Origin: a virus
Taxonomy: Duplodnaviria; Heunggongvirae; Uroviricota; Caudoviricetes
Virus record (IMG/VR): IMGVR_UViG_2737471844_000001
DNA length: 36,714 nucleotides
Strand: one strand, 5' to 3'
Of the stretch, positions 1 to 7,688 are shown one piece after another (position 1 is the first letter of the stretch; every line of letters starts with the position of its first letter). Under the pieces are notes generated by a model. That model worked only from the letters and a program-made list of their open reading frames with translations. It searched no databases and was not told where the DNA came from. A program made the translations under genes and the position numbers.

Positions 1-318
1 ATGAAAAAGATAGCTGCTATATCATTAATTAGTATTTTTATTATGTCTGGTTGTGCTGTGCATAATGATGAGACAAGTATCGGTAAATTTGGTCTTGCAT
101 ATAAAAGTAATATTCAGCGTAAACTCGATAACCAATACTACACCGAAGCCGAAGCTTCTTTAGCCAGGGGCAGAATATCTGGTGCAGAAAATATAGTAAA
201 AAATGATGCAGCCCATTTCTGTGTTACTCAGGGCAAAAAAATGCAGATAGTTGACCTGAAGACAGAAGGTGCAGGATTACATGGCGTCGCTCGTCTGACA
301 TTCAAATGTGGAGAGTGA
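1..318 (+). CDS. yegR: Host small lipoprotein (YegR-like), outside the prophage
   Basis: 105-aa ORF with signal peptide and lipobox-like MSGC; lies left of attL; assignment from length and from pairing with a yegQ-like gene at the other prophage end. Confidence 0.5.
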   Translation: MKKIAAISLISIFIMSGCAVHNDETSIGKFGLAYKSNIQRKLDNQYYTEAEASLARGRISGAENIVKNDAAHFCVTQGKKMQIVDLKTEGAGLHGVARLTFKCGE

Positions 319-476
319 GAATATTTTTTGGTAAGCGTCAAACATGCGCGTTCTGGTTGTGCTTAGCCGGAACCTGTGCGAGCACGATGCCGTTACGTGA
401 AAGGCATCGTGCTATGAAGGGAGATTCTATCGATGTGGTCAATGGAAGACGGTGACCAGGGATAGGGCTTATGCAT

Positions 477-503
477 AAAAAATAAGCCCGTGTAAGGGAG
501 ATT
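477..503. repeat. attL core, AAAAAATAAGCCCGTGTAAGGGAGATT
   Basis: Exact 27-bp copy of sequence at 35182..35208; integrase gene begins 80 bp to the right. Confidence 0.85.
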
Positions 504-582
504 TAGGGTGTCATCAGTAGGGGCTTTCAACGGTACAATGCGGGTTTGAGCGGCATAAATGACCACTGAAAGCCCTTAAACG

Positions 583-1596
583 TTACTCTACTGTGGACAC
601 TGTGTGGACACTCTCGGCCTCAGTACCACCTCTCAGCGGATTAAGAGAAATGGCGTCCTGAAGGTACTCTGGAGCAAAATGAGCGTAAACCATAGTTTGC
701 TCAATCCGCGTGTGACCTAGTATCCGTTGTAGCGTGATAATACTTCCTCCATTAATCATGAAATGAGTGGCAAAGCTGTGCCTTAGTGCATGTGTGGCTT
801 GCCCCATTGGCAAATCCGGTTTTATTGCTTTCATTGTTCGTCTGAAGCGAGGGTAATCAGCATCAGGGAATAAAAAACCTCGTTTGTTATCCGCGATCAT
901 TTTGGCAACAGCCTCTGAGATCGGGACGGTGCGTGGTTTGTTTGTTTTCGTTTTAACAAACGTGACGCGGTTATGAATGATATTTTCTGCTTTCAAACGA
1001 GCTGCTTCTCCCCAACGTGCTCCAGTACTCAGGCAAAGAATCGCAATCTTTTTGTTGTCGCCGTCAAGAGCTGCGAGCAGTAAGGCAATTTCTTCCTGCG
1101 TGAGATAGCCTGTGTCTGGTTTTTCCTCCTTAAGCCTTTTTGTCCCTCTGATAGGGTGCTCACCAAAGTATAACTCCGCTTCAATCAGGGCTGTAAACAT
1201 GCCGCTAATACATGTTAAATCACGATTGATACTCGAAGGTTTAATACCCTGACTTCTTCGGGTGGCGCAGTATTGGCTGATAAGCGATTTCGTAATTTGA
1301 AATGCGCATGGGTCATTCGTTATTTTTGTGAAGATTTCAATTTTTCCAAGATTAGATTTCCCATGCTCTTCGTGTTTACCCTTTAAATCCCACCAGATCT
1401 GTGTCAGCTCCGACAGACGTCGCTTGTCTGTTGGTTTTGATAGCCATTCTTTATTGTGGTGGTTGTACAACGTGTATTTCTCGAAAGCGACAGCTTCGCT
1501 TTTCTTATCAAACTTCCTACGGATGCGTTTTCCATTACGTCCAGTAGGGCGGATGTCCACTTCATATCGACCATCATCGAGTTTTTTGATTGCCAT
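583..1596 (-). CDS. int: Tyrosine integrase (P2 Int-like, 337 aa)
   Basis: 337 aa as in P2 Int; C-terminal HALRHSFATH box and YAHF tyrosine; adjacent to att core and C repressor. Confidence 0.93.
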   Translation of the reverse strand: MAIKKLDDGRYEVDIRPTGRNGKRIRRKFDKKSEAVAFEKYTLYNHHNKEWLSKPTDKRRLSELTQIWWDLKGKHEEHGKSNLGKIEIFTKITNDPCAFQITKSLISQYCATRRSQGIKPSSINRDLTCISGMFTALIEAELYFGEHPIRGTKRLKEEKPDTGYLTQEEIALLLAALDGDNKKIAILCLSTGARWGEAARLKAENIIHNRVTFVKTKTNKPRTVPISEAVAKMIADNKRGFLFPDADYPRFRRTMKAIKPDLPMGQATHALRHSFATHFMINGGSIITLQRILGHTRIEQTMVYAHFAPEYLQDAISLNPLRGGTEAESVHTVSTVE

Positions 1597-1711
1597 CAGA
1601 AAACCCTCCGAGTGGTGTGTTTTTTTGCGACTACTAATCGTTTTTTTCGTGGTGGCTGAAATTTAGCCACCAATAGTAGGCACTTGTGATGAATATATTC
1701 ACGATAAATTG

Positions 1712-2011
1712 TTAACCAGTCTTTTGACCGGAGTGGGGCGACGTTGTTTCGTTTTGCCCAAAGTGTGCGAGAGCGGGCGCAATTTGCCCGGACTCAGGAG
1801 CGATCTGATTTGTCATGAACCATAAAGTGTATTTGGTGAATTGTGGGGTCTGCAGGATGTTCATCATGACATCTGTTGGAGGTGTTGAACGACCACTTTC
1901 ATAGTAACTCAGCGTGCCATACGGAACCCCTGTTAAATCAGCAAGTTGTTGTCTGCTCAAATACTCTGATTTTCGCATTAAGACTATCTTCTCGCTTATC
2001 GTGTTTGACAT
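1712..2011 (-). CDS. C: Immunity repressor (P2 C-like, 99 aa)
   Basis: 99 aa, N-terminal helix-turn-helix (QQLADLTGVPYGTLSYYE); divergent from cox; P2 synteny. Confidence 0.9.
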   Translation of the reverse strand: MSNTISEKIVLMRKSEYLSRQQLADLTGVPYGTLSYYESGRSTPPTDVMMNILQTPQFTKYTLWFMTNQIAPESGQIAPALAHFGQNETTSPHSGQKTG

Positions 2012-2125
2012 GGTGTTTAGATCTCAATAGTATTTAGTTTAGATGTAGATTGTTTAGTGCTTGGATGTGGGCACTAAAAGGCATTATAAGGCATTAAACG
2101 CAATTCATGAGGGCTGGAGGACGAC
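2012..2125. promoter_or_regulatory. Divergent early/repressor promoter region (Pe/Pc) with candidate C operator direct repeats
   Basis: TTTAGAT at 2016..2022 and 2038..2044, 22 bp apart, between the divergent C and cox starts; additional TTTAG copies at 2033 and 2053. Confidence 0.55.
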
Positions 2126-2401
2126 ATGAGCAAGCAAGTAACACTCATGACTGATGCGATTCCTTATCAGGAGTTCGCAAAACTAATAGGAAAATCGACA
2201 GGAGCGGTTCGTCGGATGATCGATAAAGGAAAGCTGCCTGTAATTGATATGACCGATCCACAATCAGCTTCAGGTCGTGCAGGTGAATATTGGGTATATC
2301 TTCCGGCATGGAATAACGGACTAAAACTGGCTTATGAAAGCCGCCCTAAAGAGATTCGTGACGGCTGGTTGATGTGGTTAGGTCTTGGTGAACCACGTTA
2401 A
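2126..2401 (+). CDS. cox: Cox excisionase / early transcriptional regulator (91 aa)
   Basis: 91 aa as in P2 Cox; first gene of early operon, divergent from C. Confidence 0.9.
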   Translation: MSKQVTLMTDAIPYQEFAKLIGKSTGAVRRMIDKGKLPVIDMTDPQSASGRAGEYWVYLPAWNNGLKLAYESRPKEIRDGWLMWLGLGEPR

Positions 2402-2411
2402 GGAGAACCGT

Positions 2412-2582
2412 ATGAATGAGCCTCGTTGTATTGCTCAGTTATTGCGTAACGAAAGCCCCAGGGCGATTGACTTCACCATCACCCACGGTAAGGGGCGTAA
2501 GGGAATCATTATCCGCACCAAAAAACAGAGTCCGTTAAAAAAGGCTCTGACCTTTCTGAAAATCCGGAGGGTCTGGAAATGA
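2412..2582 (+). CDS. Small early protein at the P2 orf78 position
   Basis: ATG at 2412 preceded by AAGGAG; stop overlaps the B start (ATGA); the ORF-track start at 2385 is inside cox and lacks an RBS. Confidence 0.5.
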   Translation: MNEPRCIAQLLRNESPRAIDFTITHGKGRKGIIIRTKKQSPLKKALTFLKIRRVWK

Positions 2583-3079
2583 CAGTGATGACGCTCAATC
2601 TCGTTGAAAAACAGCCAGCAGCTATGCGCCGGATAATTGGCAAGCATCTTGCCGTCCCTCGCTGGCAGGATACATGTGATTATTATAATCAGATGATGGA
2701 GCGCGAACGGCTAACGGTTTGCTTTCATGCACAGTTAAAACAGCGTCACGCAACGATGCGTTTTGAAGAAATGAACGACGTCGAACGTGAACGACTGGTT
2801 TGTGCAATTGATGAATTGCGCGGGGCATTCTCAAAACGCCGTCAGGTTGGCGCAAGTGAGTATGCATATATTAGTTTTTTAACAGTCAGTCAGCGTCGCA
2901 CTTTATTTATGCACGCACGACTGACAGAAAAAGAATTTAACCAGCCATACTGGCGAATTAATGAAGAGTCATGTTACTGGCGTGATGCTTTATTCCGTGC
3001 ATTACGTGAATTATTCAGCCTGTTTGAGTATGCACCGACAATTCTGACGTCGGTAAAACCAGAGCAATATCTGCATTAA
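2579..3079 (+). CDS. B: Replication protein B (helicase-loader-like, 166 aa)
   Basis: 166 aa as in P2 B; position after cox. Confidence 0.85.
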   Translation: MTVMTLNLVEKQPAAMRRIIGKHLAVPRWQDTCDYYNQMMERERLTVCFHAQLKQRHATMRFEEMNDVERERLVCAIDELRGAFSKRRQVGASEYAYISFLTVSQRRTLFMHARLTEKEFNQPYWRINEESCYWRDALFRALRELFSLFEYAPTILTSVKPEQYLH

Positions 3080-3142
3080 ATAATTAACCAGAGTTTTTAA
3101 CGCACTTAATCGTGCGGGGCTTCTTTTTGCCTGGAGAAAGTC

Positions 3143-3367
3143 ATGCATACAGTTTCTGAAAATCAGTGCGGTAAATACGCATTACTGCTGCAACAGGCCA
3201 GAACCGAAGCACAGGCCGACGCTGCGACGCGCTTTTCTTCTCATCTTGACGCCATGATTCGCCATATCACAAAGGCGGAGTTATCCCGCGTGGAGATAGT
3301 CGAGCTGCTCAGTCAGGAGTCGGAAAAATTTCACAATATCGGATTGTCTCGCGGGGAGGTGCTTTGA
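3143..3367 (+). CDS. Early protein at the P2 orf80 position (74 aa)
   Basis: Position in the B to A early operon; translationally coupled to the next ORF. Confidence 0.65.
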   Translation: MHTVSENQCGKYALLLQQARTEAQADAATRFSSHLDAMIRHITKAELSRVEIVELLSQESEKFHNIGLSRGEVL

Positions 3368-3669
3368 TGTCCTGTTCTCATTCAGTTGTATTACTGAATA
3401 ACGCCTTAAAAATCGCCGTTATGGAAAATGGTGATTTATCTCTTATTCAACTTTGTCTTGATAAAGAAAAACGCGACATAACTGAATCTGTTATCGCGAT
3501 TTATCAGAATGAATTAAACCTCCTGTCTGATATGGTCAATTTACTTGTTAAACGCGCTGTGTTCCACAAGCAAATTTCCTCAGTGGATGAACTGACAAAA
3601 TTAACGACAGAACTTGCCAGTTATTGCGCTGATGTATCCAGGAAACTTAACGACAAAAGGAGCTGGTAA
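3364..3669 (+). CDS. Early protein at the P2 orf81 position (101 aa)
   Basis: Overlapping stop/start with both neighbours; early-operon synteny. Confidence 0.65.
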   Translation: MMSCSHSVVLLNNALKIAVMENGDLSLIQLCLDKEKRDITESVIAIYQNELNLLSDMVNLLVKRAVFHKQISSVDELTKLTTELASYCADVSRKLNDKRSW

Positions 3670-3893
3670 TGCCGGACAACGTAGATTTTATTCAGGAACA
3701 ACAGGCTGAATTACTGGAGCGCCAGATTAACGCGGCAAGGATAAAACATTGCGGTGTTTCTGCGCTGGTTTGCGAAGAGTGTGACGCGCCAATACCTGCT
3801 GCCCGTCGTGCAGCTTATCCGTCAGCCACGCGTTGTGTTTCCTGCCAGTCAGTCTTTGAAGCAAAAAACAAGCATTACCGGAGAATGGCATGA
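3669..3893 (+). CDS. TraR/DksA-type C4 zinc-finger protein at the P2 orf82 position (74 aa)
   Basis: CEEC-x17-CVSC four-cysteine motif near the C-terminus; early-operon position. Confidence 0.7.
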   Translation: MPDNVDFIQEQQAELLERQINAARIKHCGVSALVCEECDAPIPAARRAAYPSATRCVSCQSVFEAKNKHYRRMA

Positions 3894-4168
3894 GTATTCG
3901 TATCGAAATTGGCGAACGTTATGTCGTTACCAGTGACAGCTTTCAGTTTATTCTCCACGAGAAAAAGAGAGCGGAAAGCGGTAAAAACGCCGGTCAGGAA
4001 TGGCTGGCGGTGGTTGGTTATTACCCGAAATTAAGCCAGCTCGTTTCCGGCCTGATGCATCACGATATTCTGACCGGAAGCGCAAAGTCTTTTGCTGATT
4101 TAAACGCGCAGGTTGAGCAACTCAGCAAGCGTTGTTCAGAGGCGTTCTCCAGAGGAGCGTCTGAATGA
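3890..4168 (+). CDS. Early protein at the P2 orf83 position (92 aa)
   Basis: Synteny; ATGA overlap with the previous gene. Confidence 0.65.
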   Translation: MSIRIEIGERYVVTSDSFQFILHEKKRAESGKNAGQEWLAVVGYYPKLSQLVSGLMHHDILTGSAKSFADLNAQVEQLSKRCSEAFSRGASE

Positions 4169-5172
4169 TTACTGATGCTCGTTGCCATACTGAAAATACC
4201 ATCAATGTTATTTTTGTTTCAGGTGGAAAGGACAGCCTTGCTCAGTGGCTTGTCGCTATTGAAGAAAATGTACCCATATTGCCGGTTTTTGCTGATACGG
4301 GACATGAACATCCACAGACAATGAAATATCTGGATTATCTGGAAAAACGGCTTGGCCCAATTAAAAGAGTCAGAGCTGATTTTTCCTGCCGGATTGAATC
4401 AAAGCGCAAGTTTATCCAGACCAAATGGCCTGACTTGTTGGTTAACGATTGTGGAATGTCGGAAGAAGAAGCGCACCAGCGCATCAGTTGTGCGCTGGAA
4501 ATTCTCAAACCAACGGGTATCCCGTTTCTTGATTTGTGTCTGTGGAAGGGGCGTTTCCCATCAACCAAAGCCAGATTTTGCACATTTGAACTGAAACATG
4601 AGCCCGTGCGTTCTCAGGTAATATTGCCTTTACTCAATGAATTTGAGGAAGTGATTAGCTGGCAGGGAGTGCGTGCTCAGGAATCGCCATCACGCGCTGC
4701 TTTACCTGTCTGGGAAGAGGATGCAGACAACACCCCCGGATTGCATGTATATCGCCCGATTTTGCACTGGAAGCATGAAGATGTATTTGCAATAGCCAGA
4801 AGACATGACATTAAGCCAAATCCGTTATATCAGCAGGGGTGTGGCCGTGTTGGTTGTATGCCATGTATTCATGTCCGTAAATCTGAACTGGCAGAAATTT
4901 TTCGCCGGTGGCCGGAGGAAATAAAACGGGTTGCTGAATGGGAACGACTGGTTGCGTCGTGCTCCCGTCGGGGAAATTCCACTTTTTTCCCATCCACACA
5001 TGATCCGCTACGCGCAGAACGTCGTATTGAGATTGTAACAGTCGAGGCATACGGAATAGAAACCTACCATGACTGGACAATGACAACGCGTGGGGGTACT
5101 CAGTTTGATTTACTGGCTTCGGCGAATGATAAAGCCGTTTGCAGTAGTGTCTATGCCGGTGTATGTGAATGA
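4165..5172 (+). CDS. PAPS reductase-like (PP-loop ATP pyrophosphatase family) protein, 335 aa
   Basis: N-terminal PP-loop VIFVSGGKDS; C-terminal cysteine cluster GCGRVGCMPC; inserted between orf83 and A, translationally coupled to both. Confidence 0.7.
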   Translation: MITDARCHTENTINVIFVSGGKDSLAQWLVAIEENVPILPVFADTGHEHPQTMKYLDYLEKRLGPIKRVRADFSCRIESKRKFIQTKWPDLLVNDCGMSEEEAHQRISCALEILKPTGIPFLDLCLWKGRFPSTKARFCTFELKHEPVRSQVILPLLNEFEEVISWQGVRAQESPSRAALPVWEEDADNTPGLHVYRPILHWKHEDVFAIARRHDIKPNPLYQQGCGRVGCMPCIHVRKSELAEIFRRWPEEIKRVAEWERLVASCSRRGNSTFFPSTHDPLRAERRIEIVTVEAYGIETYHDWTMTTRGGTQFDLLASANDKAVCSSVYAGVCE

Positions 5173-7439
5173 GTCATTCTTTCCAGGAGCAATACACCTG
5201 CGTAACTACGTCAGCATTTGCTGCAGGCACCGGTAAGACGTTTACCGGTGCTTATGCATGGAACGCGCCACGCGAGGCCGTCGGGCGCGAAAGACCCCTT
5301 ACACGTGACGAGATGCGTCAGGTGCAAGGGGTTTTATCCACGATTAACCGCCTGCCTTACTTTTTGCGCTCGCTGTTTACTTCACGCTATGACTACATCC
5401 GGCGCAATAAAAGCCCGGTACACGGGTTTTATTTCCTCACATCCACTTTTCAGCGTCGTTTATGGCCGCGCATTGAGCGCGTGAATCAGCGCCATGAAAT
5501 GAACACCGACGCGTCGTTGCTGTTTCTGGCTGAGCGTGACCACTATGCGCGTCTGCCGGGGATGAATGACAAGGAGCTGAAAAAGTTTGCCGCCCGTATT
5601 TCATCGCAGCTTTTCATGATGTATGAGGAACTCTGCGATGCCTGGGTGGATGCGCATGGCGAAAAAGAATCACTGTTTACGGATGAGGCGCAGGATCATC
5701 TGTATGGTCATGTTGCTGGCGCTGCACGTGCTTTCAATATTTCCCCGCTCTACTGGAAAAAATACCGTAAAGGACAGATAACCACGAGGCAGGCATATTC
5801 TGCCATTGCCCGCCTGTTTAACGATGAGTGGTGGACTCATCAGCTTAAAGGCCAGCGTATGCGCTGGCATGAAGCGTTACTGATAGCTGTCGGGGAGGTC
5901 AATAAAGACCGTTCTCCTTATGCCAGTAAACATGCCATTCGTGATGTGCGTGCGCGCCGCCAGGCAAATCTGGAATTTCTTAAATCGTGTGACCTTGAAA
6001 ACAGGGAAACCGGCGAGCGCATCGACCTTATCAGTAAGGTGATGGGCAGTATTTCTAATCCTGAAATTCGCCGGATGGAGCTGATGAACACCATTGCCGG
6101 TATTGAGCGTTACGCCGCCGCAGAGGGTGATGTGGGGATGTTTATCACGCTGACCGCGCCGTCAAAGTATCACCCGACACGTCAGGTCGGAAAAGGCGAA
6201 AGTAAAACCGTTCAGCTTAATCACGGCTGGAACGATGAGGCATTTAATCCAAAGGATGCGCAGCGTTATCTCTGCCGTATCTGGAGCCTGATGCGCACGG
6301 CATTCAAGGATAATGATTTACAGGTCTACGGTTTGCGTGTCGTCGAGCCACACCACGACGGAACGCCGCACTGGCATATGATGCTTTTTTGTAATCCATG
6401 CCAGCGTAACCAGATTATCGAAATCATGCGTCGCTATGCGCTCAAAGAGGATAGTGACGAAAGAGGCGCTGCGCGAAACCGTTTTCAGGCAAAGCACCTT
6501 AACCGGGGCGGTGCTGCGGGATATATCGCGAAATACATCTCAAAAAACATCGACGGCTATGCACTGGATGGTCAGCTCGATAACGATACTGGCAGGCCGC
6601 TGAAAGATACTGCTGCGGCTGTTACCGCATGGGCGTCAACGTGGCGCATTCCGCAATTTAAAACGGTTGGCCTGCCGACAATGGGGGCTTACCGTGAACT
6701 ACGCAAATTGCCTCGCGGCGTCAGCATTGCTGATGAGTTTGACGAACGCGTCGAGGCTGCACGCGCCGCCGCAGACAGTGGTGATTTTGCGTTGTATATC
6801 AGCGCGCAGGGTGGGGCAAATGTCCCGCGCGATTGTCAGACTGTCAGGGTCGCCCGTAGCCCGTCGGATGACGTTAACGAGTATGAGGAAGAAGTCGAGA
6901 GAGTGGTCGGCATTTACGCGCCGCATCTCGGCGCGCGTCATATTCATATCACCAGAACGACGGACTGGCGCATTGTGCCGAAAGTTCCGGTCGTTGAGCC
7001 TTTGACTTTAATAAGCGGCATCGCCGCGCCTCGGAGTCCTGTCAATAACTGTGGAAAGCTCACCGGTGGTGATACTTCGTTACCGGCTCCCACACCTTCT
7101 GAGCACGCCGCAGCAGTGCTTAATCTGGTTGATGACGGTGTTATTGAATGGAATGAACCGGAGGTCGTGAGGGCGCTCAGGGGCGCATTAAAATACGACC
7201 TGAGAACGCCAAACCGTCAGCAAAGAAACGGAAGCCCGTTAAAACCGCATGAAATTGCACCATCTGCCAGACTGACCAGGTCTGAACGATTGCAAATCAC
7301 CCGTATCCGCGTTGACCTTGCTCAGAACGGTATCAGGCCGCAGCGATGGGAGCTTGAGGCGCTGGCGCGTGGAGCGACCGTAAATTATGACGGGAAAAAA
7401 TTCACGTATCCGGTCGCTGATGGTTGGGGGGATTCATAG
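5169..7439 (+). CDS. A: Rolling-circle replication initiator endonuclease (P2 A-like, 756 aa)
   Basis: Length close to P2 A; HUH motif EPHHDGTPHWHMM and paired-tyrosine motif GYIAKYISK. Confidence 0.92.
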   Translation: MSHSFQEQYTCVTTSAFAAGTGKTFTGAYAWNAPREAVGRERPLTRDEMRQVQGVLSTINRLPYFLRSLFTSRYDYIRRNKSPVHGFYFLTSTFQRRLWPRIERVNQRHEMNTDASLLFLAERDHYARLPGMNDKELKKFAARISSQLFMMYEELCDAWVDAHGEKESLFTDEAQDHLYGHVAGAARAFNISPLYWKKYRKGQITTRQAYSAIARLFNDEWWTHQLKGQRMRWHEALLIAVGEVNKDRSPYASKHAIRDVRARRQANLEFLKSCDLENRETGERIDLISKVMGSISNPEIRRMELMNTIAGIERYAAAEGDVGMFITLTAPSKYHPTRQVGKGESKTVQLNHGWNDEAFNPKDAQRYLCRIWSLMRTAFKDNDLQVYGLRVVEPHHDGTPHWHMMLFCNPCQRNQIIEIMRRYALKEDSDERGAARNRFQAKHLNRGGAAGYIAKYISKNIDGYALDGQLDNDTGRPLKDTAAAVTAWASTWRIPQFKTVGLPTMGAYRELRKLPRGVSIADEFDERVEAARAAADSGDFALYISAQGGANVPRDCQTVRVARSPSDDVNEYEEEVERVVGIYAPHLGARHIHITRTTDWRIVPKVPVVEPLTLISGIAAPRSPVNNCGKLTGGDTSLPAPTPSEHAAAVLNLVDDGVIEWNEPEVVRALRGALKYDLRTPNRQQRNGSPLKPHEIAPSARLTRSERLQITRIRVDLAQNGIRPQRWELEALARGATVNYDGKKFTYPVADGWGDS

Positions 7440-7640
7440 GGCGCTTTGATTTTTTCTGTGTTTGACATAGAATAGCCCCGTTACCGCTTGGGACATCTAC
7501 TTTGCATTACTCTTGGTATTAGCTTTGTACAAAGGGTATAAAGGCTGCTATTGGCAACAATAGTGCTGGCATGGAGATTGCCTCATGTTAAAGCTAGTGA
7601 ATGTACGCCAGTACAACCGCTACCGCTTTGGGCGTTGGGA

Positions 7641-7660
7641 GACGGTGCGTAAGCACCGTC
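7641..7660. other. Perfect 8-bp stem-loop GACGGTGC-GTAA-GCACCGTC between convergent genes
   Basis: Read directly; no flanking U-tract on either strand, so not a canonical intrinsic terminator. Confidence 0.4.
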
Positions 7661-7688
7661 GTTCTTACCCAAAACGATAATATGCGGC

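Noticed and set aside
2385-2582. 65-aa ORF start inside cox
   Set aside because: The start at 2385 lacks an RBS and overlaps the cox coding sequence; the ATG at 2412 with an AAGGAG RBS is preferred.
3090-3130. Possible terminator between B and orf80 (CGCAC-TTAATC-GTGCG followed by GGGCTTCTTTTT)
   Set aside because: The stem is short (5 bp) and the genes are thought to be co-transcribed in P2; too weak to annotate.
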